Counted from the first letter of the stretch, positions 30,028-40,314 are shown. The stretch: DNA of 64,000 bases from Candidatus Bathyarchaeia archaeon (GCA_049516875.1 JBEKSS010000007.1:96001-160000); one strand, 5' to 3'. Made by a program: numbers and translations. The notes: a model not told the origin generated them from the sequence alone.

Positions 30028-30759
30028 TCATGATCGCTCGATCTTTGCAGTGATTTCTTGCACCTTTTTTGCAAAAGTTGTCTCCAAGAGCGCATCCTTT
30101 TCTCCGATTGTTGCTTCTATTTTTGTGTCATATGGTACGTCTCCAAGAAAAGTCAAACCAAGCATTCGCGCTTCTTTTTGCACCGTCCTTGACTGGTTCA
30201 TTTTCATGTTTTCTACAATGCCTATTACCGGGATTTTCAGCGCATGTAACAGACCGGCGAGTTTCTTCACTGTTTCAAAAGCTAATTGTGAGGGTGTCGT
30301 TACTATTAGAAACTCTATGCTTTTTACTAGTCTTATCAAGTCAAGAGTTGCATCGCCTATTCCCGGTGGCATATCTAAGATAAGATAATCCAGTTTTCCC
30401 CATCTGACAATCGACAACAATTCTATCAACGCGTTTGAAACGTCTGCTCCGCGTAGGGGGGCAGCACGGTTGCCTGAATAGTAGACTATTGACATGTATT
30501 TCAAACCGTGGATTCGGGGCGGGATTATGCCCTTTTCTTCTTTCGGCTGCAAGTCTTGGACACCTAGAATGACATGGGTTGATGGGCTCGTAAAATCCAA
30601 ATCGAACAGTCCGACCTTGAAGCCTTTCTTCGCAAGAATCAGGGCAAACGTTGAAGCAAACAGGCTTTTGCCGACTCCGCCTTTGCCGCCTGAAACAGCT
30701 ATGATGCGGCGTATCCCCTTCAATCTTCCATTCACTATGGTGATTCTAGGGTCAACCAT
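30028..30759 (-). CDS. Mrp/MinD-family ATPase, probable ATPase-type HypB
   Basis: GGKGGVGKS, DMPPG, ENM without the downstream CxxC of ApbC/Nbp35; immediately downstream of hypA. Confidence 0.8.
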   Translation of the reverse strand: MVDPRITIVNGRLKGIRRIIAVSGGKGGVGKSLFASTFALILAKKGFKVGLFDLDFTSPSTHVILGVQDLQPKEEKGIIPPRIHGLKYMSIVYYSGNRAAPLRGADVSNALIELLSIVRWGKLDYLILDMPPGIGDATLDLIRLVKSIEFLIVTTPSQLAFETVKKLAGLLHALKIPVIGIVENMKMNQSRTVQKEARMLGLTFLGDVPYDTKIEATIGEKDALLETTFAKKVQEITAKIERS

Positions 30760-30761
30760 GC

Positions 30762-31160
30762 CTATTTCATTCCTTTAACACTTAGAAGCCAAATGCCGCG
30801 TCCTTCGAGCACTTCAAAATCTGGGCTGCCGCACTTTGCGCATTTAACGTAAGCATGTGCTACTTCTGGAACAAAATGGATGGCCTCAACCGCGCTTGCA
30901 TCCAGTTTTTCCTTGCTGAAAATCCAAGCATAACCGCAGGCTCGACACCTCAGCTTTGCCCTTGCCTTCACTATCTTGAACTCTGCGCTTTCAAGCTCGG
31001 CCTTCTTGAGCTGTGAGAGTGCAAACTCTAACACGTCCTGCTCTATTTGCTGCAGCTCGCCCACTCTTATCCTCACTTCTGTGACTTCTCTCAACCCCTC
31101 TTTCCTGGCTGCTTCAGAGGCTGCGGAAATCACTGCTTCGGCCAAGGCCCATTCATGCAT
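30762..31160 (-). CDS. hypA: Hydrogenase nickel chaperone HypA
   Basis: MHE N-terminus, GELQ, CRAC...CAKC, GRG. Confidence 0.95.
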   Translation of the reverse strand: MHEWALAEAVISAASEAARKEGLREVTEVRIRVGELQQIEQDVLEFALSQLKKAELESAEFKIVKARAKLRCRACGYAWIFSKEKLDASAVEAIHFVPEVAHAYVKCAKCGSPDFEVLEGRGIWLLSVKGMK

Positions 31161-31289
31161 ACAAAAGGCTACATGCAAGCACAATTTAAGAATATTGCAA
31201 AAGGATGACAAACCGTTGAAAAATGGCTCGCGCTTATTAAAGTCGCGCTCTATACTAGTCGCGGAAAGTGAAAACAAGCTGGGAATGGA

Positions 31290-31877
31290 TTGGCATCCGG
31301 TTCTGCCCTGCTAGGCGTTCTTCTCGGTTCTTTCATCTTGAACCTTATCCCTTTTGCCGGCCCTTCAAATCTTCTCATAGCTTCCAACGCTGCCTTGCTT
31401 GTCGACTCTGACCCGTTTACCCTCGGCTTCCTCGTCGCCCTAGGCTCAGCCTCAGCCAAGTTCATACACTATCTAGTCACTTTCTTTCTCGGAGGCTTCC
31501 TGAGTGAAAAACGCAGAGAACGCCTAAACGCCACGGGCTTAAAAGTGAAAAAATGGGCTTTTCTCGCCCTGTTCCTCGTAGCGGCCACGCCAGTCCCAGA
31601 CGAGCCAGTCATAATCCCACTAGGACTCGTGAAATACAACCCGGCCAAATTCTGCCTGGCAATATTCCTTGGAAAAGTCTTAATCACAATACTTGGAGCA
31701 TACCTCGGACAATTCGGCGAAAGCACTTTTTCATCACTCTTAACCCAAGAGGCCCTAGCAATCATCTCAGCAACCCTGACCATCGCCATAACAATCATAC
31801 TAATAAAAATCGACATCACCAAAATCGCCCAAAAAATCCAAAAAACAATAACCAAACAAAAACAACACAACCCCTAA
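31290..31877 (+). CDS. DedA/VTT-family membrane protein
   Basis: NLIPF, ATPVPDE...IPLG..KY...F......GK. Confidence 0.85.
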   Translation: MASGSALLGVLLGSFILNLIPFAGPSNLLIASNAALLVDSDPFTLGFLVALGSASAKFIHYLVTFFLGGFLSEKRRERLNATGLKVKKWAFLALFLVAATPVPDEPVIIPLGLVKYNPAKFCLAIFLGKVLITILGAYLGQFGESTFSSLLTQEALAIISATLTIAITIILIKIDITKIAQKIQKTITKQKQHNP

Positions 31878-31928
31878 CAAAACACCAACACCCCACACCA
31901 GTCATAAACCACAAACAAAAACAAACAA
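31828..31928. repeat. A/C-only low-complexity tract
   Basis: 101 nt containing 1 G and 5 T on the + strand. Confidence 0.9.
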
Positions 31929-31930
31929 GA

Positions 31931-32063
31931 TTGAGTCTCAAAGAAATCACGGATTGAGTACTCAAAAGCAGAAGGTCGAAACCCGACATGCAACCCGCAC
32001 GAACAACCATCAGAATTCACCTTTTGACACTCAAAGAAATCACGGATTGAATACTCAAAAGCA
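31931..32063. repeat. Two 34-bp direct repeats and four TTGA-N3/4-TCAA palindromes upstream of PCNA
   Basis: CTCAAAGAAATCACGGATTGARTACTCAAAAGCA at 31937 and 32030; TTGAGTACTCAA perfect palindrome at 31954. Confidence 0.9.
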
Positions 32064-32187
32064 AGGGCTCAGTTCTGTGCCCACCTTTCAAACAACCTAC
32101 CAAAGAAGGAAAAGCATCTGAACAAGCAACCTAAAGCTAAATAAAGTCATGATTAACAACTAAACATAACCTGCAAAGGTGACTTTC

Positions 32188-32943
32188 ATGTTCAAACTCA
32201 AAGTCGCTGATGTAAAACAACTGAGAGACATGATTACATCCATCTCGATACTCGTAGACGAGGCCACGTTCAAACTCGACGCTGAAGGCATGAAACTGCG
32301 AGCAATGGACCCATCACGCGTCGCCATGATAGACTTCGAATGGCCAAAAGCAGTCTTCGAAGAATACACCTGCACCGAGCCGACAAAAATGTGCATAAAC
32401 GTAACCGAACTGTTAAAACTCCTAAAAAGAACCAGCAAAGACGAAACACTCGAACTATCCATAGACGAAAAAACCGCGAAACTCCAAGTCACAATAGCCG
32501 GAAAATACACGCGCAACTTCACAATGCCAACCCTCGAAGCCTCAGAAGAGGAAGTTCCAACCCCAAAAATCGCCTTCAACGCCAAAATAAAAGCCACGAC
32601 CGAAGGCCTAAGCCAAGCAATCGAAGACGCCCAACTCGTAAGCGACCACGTGAAAATCGAAGCCGACCCTGAAAAAGTAGTCTTCAACGCCGCCGGCGAC
32701 CTCATGGGAGCAACAATAACCCTTCAAAAAGGAAGCGACACCCTGCTCGAACTGGACGCTAAAGAACCTCAAAAAGCAACCTTCAGCCTCAGCTACCTGA
32801 CAGAAATAATAAAAGCCGCATCTGCAACCTCAGACATAGCAACCCTCGAATTCTCATCAGACATGCCGATAAAACTCGACTTCCAACAGACGAAAGAAGG
32901 AAAACTAACCTTCTACCTCGCACCCAGAATCGAAAGTGAATAA
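32188..32943 (+). CDS. pcn: PCNA sliding clamp
   Basis: LRAMDPSRVAMI, FSLSYL, DMPIKL, FYLAPRIE. Confidence 0.98.
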   Translation: MFKLKVADVKQLRDMITSISILVDEATFKLDAEGMKLRAMDPSRVAMIDFEWPKAVFEEYTCTEPTKMCINVTELLKLLKRTSKDETLELSIDEKTAKLQVTIAGKYTRNFTMPTLEASEEEVPTPKIAFNAKIKATTEGLSQAIEDAQLVSDHVKIEADPEKVVFNAAGDLMGATITLQKGSDTLLELDAKEPQKATFSLSYLTEIIKAASATSDIATLEFSSDMPIKLDFQQTKEGKLTFYLAPRIESE

Positions 32944-33997
32944 AGAGAAAAACAAAATGCAAGCCGTTTTCTCCAAATTCGCCAAAAACGACTACACCAA
33001 ATACCCTTTTCTAAAAGAAGCAGCAAAATACCTAAAATTGCCCGACCTGCGAATTGAAGACCTGGCAAACATCGAGCTTCAAGGAATCCTCAACCGAGCC
33101 GAAGAAAGAGTTGAAGAAGCAATACTCTACACCCGGGTCAGCCGAAACCCGCAACACGACGAAGACATAGAAATCCTCTCCTTCACAGTTGCAATCGTCC
33201 TTGCAATAGCAACCCAAAACTCCTTCATCCAGAAGAGATACGCACTGGCAGAAGCAAAACAAGCATACGAAGACCTGAAACCCGAACCCAAAGAAAAACT
33301 AATGAAAATCGCACAGAACTTCCAATGGAAACTAACACTCAACAACGACTCCAAAATACCTTACGAGTTCGCACTTGACTTCACCGATTACCTCAGAAAC
33401 ACAACCCACCTGCGAGAAAAAAAGTGGAAACTCGCCAACCGCACTTTGACAAACGGAAAAGTCTACCTGACAATGAGTGAAACAGCCAGGCTGTTGGCCG
33501 AAGAAGTCCGCAGATACGTGGAAAAACGAACGGAAGCAAAAGACCTGCCGAAGTTTCCACCCAAAATCTTGGAAACAGCCGAGAGAATAAAGAAACTGTC
33601 AATAGAAAAAATAGGCAAAACCGAGATGGAAGGGTTTCCAAAAGTCATAACACAAACAGCCTTCCCGCCATGCATACGAGCATTATACCAAGCCTTCTCA
33701 TCCGGACGCCACCTCTCACATATAGGCAGGTTCACCCTAACTTCATTCCTTATAAACATCGGAATGCCCTCGGAAAACGTCATCGAACTCTTCAAAAACA
33801 TCTCCGACTTCAACGAAAGAATGACCCGCTACCAAGTTGAACACATAGCAGGAGAAAGAGGCTCCAGAACCCATTACACCACCCCAAAATGTGACACGCT
33901 GAAAACCCACGGGGTCTGCACTAACCCAGATAACCTATGCCAAAAAACACGTCATCCTTTAGGATACTATAGGAAAAAGCTCACACACTCACGGTAG
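32936..33997 (+). CDS. priL: DNA primase large subunit
   Basis: KYPFL, FPPC, H.GRF, TRYQVEHIAG, PKC..L...GVC...C...HPL (Fe-S domain). Confidence 0.96.
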   Translation: MNKEKNKMQAVFSKFAKNDYTKYPFLKEAAKYLKLPDLRIEDLANIELQGILNRAEERVEEAILYTRVSRNPQHDEDIEILSFTVAIVLAIATQNSFIQKRYALAEAKQAYEDLKPEPKEKLMKIAQNFQWKLTLNNDSKIPYEFALDFTDYLRNTTHLREKKWKLANRTLTNGKVYLTMSETARLLAEEVRRYVEKRTEAKDLPKFPPKILETAERIKKLSIEKIGKTEMEGFPKVITQTAFPPCIRALYQAFSSGRHLSHIGRFTLTSFLINIGMPSENVIELFKNISDFNERMTRYQVEHIAGERGSRTHYTTPKCDTLKTHGVCTNPDNLCQKTRHPLGYYRKKLTHSR

Positions 33998-34090
33998 AAA
34001 GAGTTAAAGCCCTGATGAGCATATGTTGGGCAGTCAAAAGTTTAATATTGACATTGCCACAAATCAGTTGGTCTAATAGGAAAGGGAAAG

Positions 34091-34861
34091 ATGAATCAAC
34101 CGGAAACAGCAAGCCTTAAGGGCATTGAAGGAGACTTGAGTGCGGAATCAGACATCGGGCTAATCCTGCCCACGTATTGTGAAGTTTCAAATATTGAAAA
34201 GTTGATAAGCGAAATTGAAAAACTGAATCTTGATGTTCGCGTGCTAGTCATAGATGATTCTAGCCCGGACGGGACAGCGGATGCTGTTCGAAGATTGCAG
34301 AAGAAGTACAAGAACATTCTGCTTTTCGTCAGACCGAAGAAAACCGGGCTTGGGACAGCCATAACAGATGGGTTCAAGATACTTTCATCATTAAAAAACT
34401 CTCCCAGCTACGTAGTGACCATGGACGCTGATTACTCACATAATCCCAGAGACGTTCCACGCGCAATCTCTGCCGCTAAAGAAGGAAAAGGCCTAGCGAT
34501 AGGCAGCAGATACTGTAGGGGAGGCGGAGTGGTGGAATGGAGCATGTTTCGACGCTTGACAAGCCGCGTGGCAAACATACTTGCCTCACTATTGGTAAGA
34601 GCGAGAATTCATGACTACACAAGTGGCTTACGATGCTACTCAACAAGACTTGTCAAAGAAATGGTTCCAGAACTGCACAGTCAGACCTACGAAATACAGA
34701 TAGAGACCATACGACAAGCGTGCAAGAGAGGATTTGACGTGAGAGAGTTTCCGATGACCTTTGTTAACAGAAAAAATGGAAAATCAAAACTTTCTGCAAA
34801 AGAAATCAAGGAGTTCACTTCCTACATCTTCAAAATCAAGAAACTCAAAGCCTCGGCTTGA
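34091..34861 (+). CDS. Dolichol-phosphate mannose synthase-like GT2
   Basis: LPTYCE, DDSSPDGT, GLGTA, MDADYSHNP, GSRY, DYTSG.R.Y. Confidence 0.93.
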   Translation: MNQPETASLKGIEGDLSAESDIGLILPTYCEVSNIEKLISEIEKLNLDVRVLVIDDSSPDGTADAVRRLQKKYKNILLFVRPKKTGLGTAITDGFKILSSLKNSPSYVVTMDADYSHNPRDVPRAISAAKEGKGLAIGSRYCRGGGVVEWSMFRRLTSRVANILASLLVRARIHDYTSGLRCYSTRLVKEMVPELHSQTYEIQIETIRQACKRGFDVREFPMTFVNRKNGKSKLSAKEIKEFTSYIFKIKKLKASA

Positions 34862-34869
34862 GGAGAGTC

Positions 34870-35175
34870 ATGATTGGAGTATGCGCCTACAACGAAGAAA
34901 ACAACCCAGCGCATCTTCTCCGACCATCGTTTCAGAACAGAACATGCCGAAAGAAAGCAAAATTCTAGTCGTATGCTCTGGATGTTCTGATAGAACACCC
35001 CAAATTGTAAGAAGTTTCCAGATTAATAGATCAGAATAAAACCGTTAATCGAAAATGCTCGCAAGGGGAAATCATGCACTCAACGAGATGTTCAAGGCAG
35101 CAAGAGCCGAAGCTCACATCTTAATTCTCGTCAACGCCGGTGCTTTGCCCAAGAATGACGGCATAAACAAGAAAT
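34870..35175 (+). pseudogene. Frameshifted GT2 relic
   Basis: Pieces IGVCAYNEE, VVCSGCSDRT, RKGKS/ALNE and ILILVNA in shifting frames. Confidence 0.7.
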
Positions 35176-35250
35176 AGGCAAGTCATTCCAGACATCTTTA
35201 AATGTCTGTCAAGGTGACATATCGAATGCCAGATAGAAGAGATAAAACTG

Positions 35251-36318
35251 GTGACAAACGCTACGCAGGACCTCAAAGGAAACATCAGCATCCTAATAAA
35301 ATTGTTGCCAGTCTTTTCCTTTGCTGTACCATTTCTTATACTGTATTTAGATAGACAAACGGCTATTCTATACTATAGTTTTGAAATGACATGGAAGGGA
35401 AGAACGTTTTACATTTTCTTCCTTTGGTTAGCTCTGATGGAGATAATACTGAGCTGGGATGCACTTCAATCAATCAAGGCTAATAAGCTAAGATCAATAA
35501 GGACTATTGTTCTTCTCTTAGCTCTCTTGCTTCCTACAGTCTATTTGGTTGCTTCAAACTATTACGGTTTCACCAACAGAGCAATCATAGATTGGTCTTG
35601 GCGAAGCGGAATAGATCAACCTGACTGGATACCACTCGACGTAGAGTATTTTGTTCTTGCTGCTCTCTTCACTTTGATTGTCTGGCTGCAGTTCGGGGTG
35701 AAAGGCCTGAAGAATATCCTGATTTCGCCGGTATTTCTGGCAACAATCGGGACGATATATACAATCGACAACATCTACAGAAATGGAAGTTTCACCCCTT
35801 TTCAAGTTTTTGTTCCTACAACGGCGATGCTTGCAGAGAGATTTTTGAACTTTTTGGGATATCAAACGCAGCTAAATCTCGCTGGGAGCATGCCACACCT
35901 TTATGCGCAAGTGGCCAACTCCGCCCGAGGTTGGGATGCATATATAGCGTGGCCATGTTCAGGAGTTGAAAGCCTCCTCATTTACACTGTAACAATCTTG
36001 TTGTTTTTAAAGAACTCAGTCTTCTCTCTTGCTCAAAGAGTAACCTATTTTGTGATAGGCGCGATGGTCACCTACACCATCAACGTCTTAAGGATTGCTA
36101 CCATTTTTATACTCGCGATAAATACAGGCGGCTATTACGCAGGATCTGAAGCTCAGCAATTTCATGACTTCTACGGTCAATTGTACTCCATTATCTGGAT
36201 TATATCTTACCCCCTAATAATCATTGGAAGCCAAGCTCTATGGGAAAGATTCAGGAACCGAAAAACTATTGCACTAGTTCATCCCGACTTAACGGATGGC
36301 CTAAGGTCTCCAAAATAG
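35251..36318 (+). CDS. Archaeosortase/exosortase family protein
   Basis: Multi-TM; IAWPCSG (Cys), INVLRI (Arg), FHD (His). Confidence 0.88.
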   Translation: MTNATQDLKGNISILIKLLPVFSFAVPFLILYLDRQTAILYYSFEMTWKGRTFYIFFLWLALMEIILSWDALQSIKANKLRSIRTIVLLLALLLPTVYLVASNYYGFTNRAIIDWSWRSGIDQPDWIPLDVEYFVLAALFTLIVWLQFGVKGLKNILISPVFLATIGTIYTIDNIYRNGSFTPFQVFVPTTAMLAERFLNFLGYQTQLNLAGSMPHLYAQVANSARGWDAYIAWPCSGVESLLIYTVTILLFLKNSVFSLAQRVTYFVIGAMVTYTINVLRIATIFILAINTGGYYAGSEAQQFHDFYGQLYSIIWIISYPLIIIGSQALWERFRNRKTIALVHPDLTDGLRSPK

Positions 36319-36539
36319 CCATTCTTACCTTGCGTGGTGATATCTCCCGCATCTTCTTTTTGTTATGTTATTAACAATGGCTGCTTGCTCAGCTCATGTC
36401 TCTTTCTCGGTGTATTTCTAATGTAAGCTGCCGTCGCTCTAGCATAGATTTGACAGAACTAGCACTGTAGAGAATCGGGCTGTTGTGCCTTTTCATGTGT
36501 TTGTTTCGATGCGATGAGCACATTCAGCGCTCTCTCTTT

Positions 36540-37463
36540 TCATGATTGTTCCGTATCCAACATCATACGCTGGTTACGCGTGACGCGCCCTCGCCAGATC
36601 TTGTAGCCATCATATAATCCTTTAAACACGTTTCGTACTAACTTAGGCTCAACCTTCATTTCTATGCCAGATTTCAGAACGTAATCCCTTGGAGGCATCA
36701 ACATAGAATATAGAAACATGGGAAACTTCAGTCTGTCTTCTGCGAAAAGATTCTTGAGGTAAAAGTAAACGTGGTTTCGAACATACCAGTATGACCAGTC
36801 GCCTCTGACACGTTTGCCCCTATACTTATGCCACACTAAAGCTTTCGAGTCGTACACTAGTGCATACCCAAGTCTGTGAATGCGAATGCAGAGGTCCGTA
36901 TCGTCCCTGTAACTCGTTCCTGCATAGTTCTCGTCAAATCCTCCTGCCTTCAACAGCAACTTTCGCCTAAATGACATGTTGCATCCTATGAGAGAGTCAA
37001 CTCTGATCAAGTGTTTTGAGGAAAGATCGAAGTTTCCTATGACAAGCCCGTTGCTGAATACTCGTCCCACGTCACTTTTGCCTGTTTCAACATATGACTT
37101 CCCATGTGTTCCATAAGGAATCACACGTCCTCCAACCCCGCCTACACAATCATTCACGTAAGGCCTAGTGATTTGATTCACCCAATCCTTGTCTACAACA
37201 ACATCATCATCTAAGAAGGCTACTACTTCTCCATCTGCAATGGAAATCCCGAGATTCCGAGCGCGCTGTCTGTTTCTGTCCCTTATTGACATAAATTTTA
37301 TTGGAAAAGAATGCCTTAGCTTCTCTGTTCCATCCTGAGAATCGCTGTCCACAACTATCACCTCATAAGGCGGGACTTTTAAGTCAAAGACTGACTGTAA
37401 ACATTCCTGTAAATCCGCGTAACGACTATAAGTGGCAATTACCACCGAGACCCGAGTATGCAA
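36540..37463 (-). CDS. Glycosyltransferase family 2
   Basis: VSVVIATY, FLDDD, GCNMSFR, GGFDE, DDTD. Confidence 0.92.
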   Translation of the reverse strand: MHTRVSVVIATYSRYADLQECLQSVFDLKVPPYEVIVVDSDSQDGTEKLRHSFPIKFMSIRDRNRQRARNLGISIADGEVVAFLDDDVVVDKDWVNQITRPYVNDCVGGVGGRVIPYGTHGKSYVETGKSDVGRVFSNGLVIGNFDLSSKHLIRVDSLIGCNMSFRRKLLLKAGGFDENYAGTSYRDDTDLCIRIHRLGYALVYDSKALVWHKYRGKRVRGDWSYWYVRNHVYFYLKNLFAEDRLKFPMFLYSMLMPPRDYVLKSGIEMKVEPKLVRNVFKGLYDGYKIWRGRVTRNQRMMLDTEQS

Positions 37464-37551
37464 ACAGAGATCACCTCAACCGTTTCATTGCTGGTTTCGT
37501 TCGTTGATTTCAAGTCGCATAAATATTTCTCGACAATAGAAAATGACAATA

Positions 37552-39132
37552 CTACTCCTTTCCGATAGGATCAATAGTCTCACCCACATAACCTTTCTTA
37601 AGGAGCCAAATACCGTCGGAAGCATATTGTATACCGAAAGAACCCTCCTTTGTCACGTCATGAACGAGGTTTCTAAGAGAATCCGTATACCACGTTGAAT
37701 TAGTGTCCACAAAGATATAATCGAATGTAGTATTGGCAGGAAGACTTTCCGCCGCATTAGGCAAAGGAGCATATATGTACAGCCTTCTGCTTATGTGGGG
37801 GAAGAGGTCATTCTGAGTCAAAACAGAAGCGTTTGAGGGAATAAGTCCAATGAAGACTTCTAAAACCTTGTCATGCTCTGTCACAACAGGGAGATTCACG
37901 TGAATGTCTAGGATTGTAATGTATGAAAACGTTATGACAAGGAAGAGGAATGTAATCAGCATTACTTTCCTGTACTTAATCTTGCTGATCTTTTTGGAAA
38001 CACCCGCCAATCGCTTACTGGAGGCAAAATGATTCTTGATAACCCATAAACGTTTAACACCATAAATTGCAGATATGAATGTGAACGGAGCAACAAAGGC
38101 TACGTATTGATGACCAACAGCTGCATAATATGGCGAATAATTGGATAGGAAGGAAATGATGAACCATGGAGCACCGATGATGAGTGATGGTGGAGAGAGA
38201 AAGGATAGAAAAGCCAAAGGTGCGAACAAACCAAAGAGGTATACCGCTTTTTGCCCCACTGGGGTGACAATCGCCTTCATAGTCTTGAAAGGATTGGTTA
38301 ATACATTGAACAAAAGGCCCGGAAGATCATGGACTGGATCACCAAACTCCGGCCAGTTTGGATGTGGCGGAGCAGTTGGATTCACAGCAGAAACTACGGT
38401 TCTTGCAAGTGCAAACCAAGCAACGCCGAGTGCTATTGTGGCAATCGAATAAATTATACCCTTGTTGGCCGAAAGCCGCCCAAGATGCAAGACATCAGTG
38501 ATGTGGGAGAGTTTCTTCCTATTTATCCATAGGCCATAAAAGCCAAAGAACACTACTATCAATGGAACAATTTCTATCACCATTAATGCGAGAACAATAA
38601 ATACGAAGTATTTGGTCCATTCTTCTTTTCTGAAGTAGTAAAAAGCAGAGAAGAAGAGAAGAGGCAAGAAGGCTTGTACATGAAAATCGTTCACCAGCAT
38701 GCTATTTATTGGAGGATATGCGAGGTAGATTAAGCCAAATGCTAAGGCTTGTTTGGCACTCTTGCTCTCATGGAGGGCAAGCTTATAAAGGGGGATTGCC
38801 GCCAACGCCAGAACTGAAGCCTGCAGGATTAGCAACGTCTCAGTTGACTGGTAAATCGAATATATGGGTACAACTAGAAAGAGAATTGGGGAAAAATGCA
38901 ACCCAAAGAAATTACATGAGGGGTTTATCACAACCTCAGCAGTATACCAGAGGAACCTACCAGTGTTTGTGGTTGACCAAATTACCTGTTCATAAATCCC
39001 CAAGTCCCAAGCTGAGGAAGTAAAAGCGTAATGTTTCAAAATGCCAATGTATGAAAAGACTATCGTGTACATCAGAATACAGATGCATAGAAAAAGGGCT
39101 GGATGTCGTCTCAATTTGCTTATGACATTCAA
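37552..39132 (-). CDS. DUF2079-family (GT-C-like) membrane protein
   Basis: WDLGIYEQ, HFSPIL, ETLLILQ, DFH, QY motifs; many TMs. Confidence 0.85.
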   Translation of the reverse strand: MNVISKLRRHPALFLCICILMYTIVFSYIGILKHYAFTSSAWDLGIYEQVIWSTTNTGRFLWYTAEVVINPSCNFFGLHFSPILFLVVPIYSIYQSTETLLILQASVLALAAIPLYKLALHESKSAKQALAFGLIYLAYPPINSMLVNDFHVQAFLPLLFFSAFYYFRKEEWTKYFVFIVLALMVIEIVPLIVVFFGFYGLWINRKKLSHITDVLHLGRLSANKGIIYSIATIALGVAWFALARTVVSAVNPTAPPHPNWPEFGDPVHDLPGLLFNVLTNPFKTMKAIVTPVGQKAVYLFGLFAPLAFLSFLSPPSLIIGAPWFIISFLSNYSPYYAAVGHQYVAFVAPFTFISAIYGVKRLWVIKNHFASSKRLAGVSKKISKIKYRKVMLITFLFLVITFSYITILDIHVNLPVVTEHDKVLEVFIGLIPSNASVLTQNDLFPHISRRLYIYAPLPNAAESLPANTTFDYIFVDTNSTWYTDSLRNLVHDVTKEGSFGIQYASDGIWLLKKGYVGETIDPIGKE

Positions 39133-39207
39133 CCCCGTAACAACCCTCGTAGTACTAGGTTTAAGAAAGAATTAAAAGCTTACTTGAGAATTGAGCATGG
39201 ATGAACC

Positions 39208-40314
39208 TTGATGTGGGATGACCAAGATCTTACATTCATTTGTGACCCCCTGCTAAGCGAATACGGCCCTCTGCGACCAGCAATTCTCCTCGCAAAGAGG
39301 TTTATAGAAAAAGGCAAGAAAATAACAATGGTTTCCACCACTATTTCGCCAGAACTACAAAGAAAACTGGATTCAATGAGAATTCAAACAATCAACCTCA
39401 AGAAAGAACCAATTCTGAAGAAAAATGAATCACTAGCGTGGATGGAAGAATGGTTTAGAGAGGCTGCTTTCTCCATGAACTCCAAGGGCACATCCACATT
39501 CAATGGTGTCGTATTGAATTTCTCTAACACTTTGGGTTTTCCGGCACACGTCTGGTACGCGCAAGGACCGCCAACAGTCACTTTGGATAACATGAAGAAA
39601 AATCTTCCACTGCAATACAAAGTGGTTTATCAATCCCTTTCACATATCTTTAAAGCACTTGACAAGCGTTTTACAAGAAAAATCGCCTATTGCTCTACTT
39701 ATGTTGTGGCTAATTCCAAATACTCCGCCTCAATCTACAAGGGGTTTGCTGTGCAAGCCAACAACGTGATATATCCTCCTCTCGACTGTAAGCAATTCAG
39801 GCCAACGTCGACCACTCCATCAGAGGATTTCGTTTTGACATATTTTGGCAAAGAAACAATTTTTGACCTGGTAGGACAGATTCTAGATAAAGGAATAAAG
39901 ATTAAGGCATTTGGTGGAAAACTCTCAATGATCCCTAAGAGAATACGGAAGCATAAAAATCTTGAGCTCTTAGGAAGAATAGAGGATGATATATTAATAG
40001 GACTCTATTCCGATGCGCTCTTCACCTTCTACCCTTTCGCAGATGAGCCATTTGGCTATATCCCAATCGAAAGCTTGGCTTGTGGAACACCTGTAGTAAC
40101 ATTTAGCAAACAGGGTCCTAAAGAGACTGTGTTGGAAGGAGAAACAGGTTGGCTGGCAAACACTGATTCTGAACTGGCAAGACTCGCAATCCAGCTGTGG
40201 AATAATGGTTATCCTGCGAATATCAGAAAAAAATGCAGGCAAAGCGCAGTTGAATTTGATACCATAGCAATCGCAGACAAGTGGCTAGAATTGCTAAACA
40301 ACATTAATACGTAG
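39208..40314 (+). CDS. Glycosyltransferase family 4
   Basis: ANSKYS, VIYPP, EPFGYIPIESLACGTPV. Confidence 0.9.
   Translation: MMWDDQDLTFICDPLLSEYGPLRPAILLAKRFIEKGKKITMVSTTISPELQRKLDSMRIQTINLKKEPILKKNESLAWMEEWFREAAFSMNSKGTSTFNGVVLNFSNTLGFPAHVWYAQGPPTVTLDNMKKNLPLQYKVVYQSLSHIFKALDKRFTRKIAYCSTYVVANSKYSASIYKGFAVQANNVIYPPLDCKQFRPTSTTPSEDFVLTYFGKETIFDLVGQILDKGIKIKAFGGKLSMIPKRIRKHKNLELLGRIEDDILIGLYSDALFTFYPFADEPFGYIPIESLACGTPVVTFSKQGPKETVLEGETGWLANTDSELARLAIQLWNNGYPANIRKKCRQSAVEFDTIAIADKWLELLNNINT

Noticed and set aside
31937-32063. Mini CRISPR array
   Set aside because: Only two repeats, a 59-nt spacer, no GAAA(C/G) end and no cas genes.
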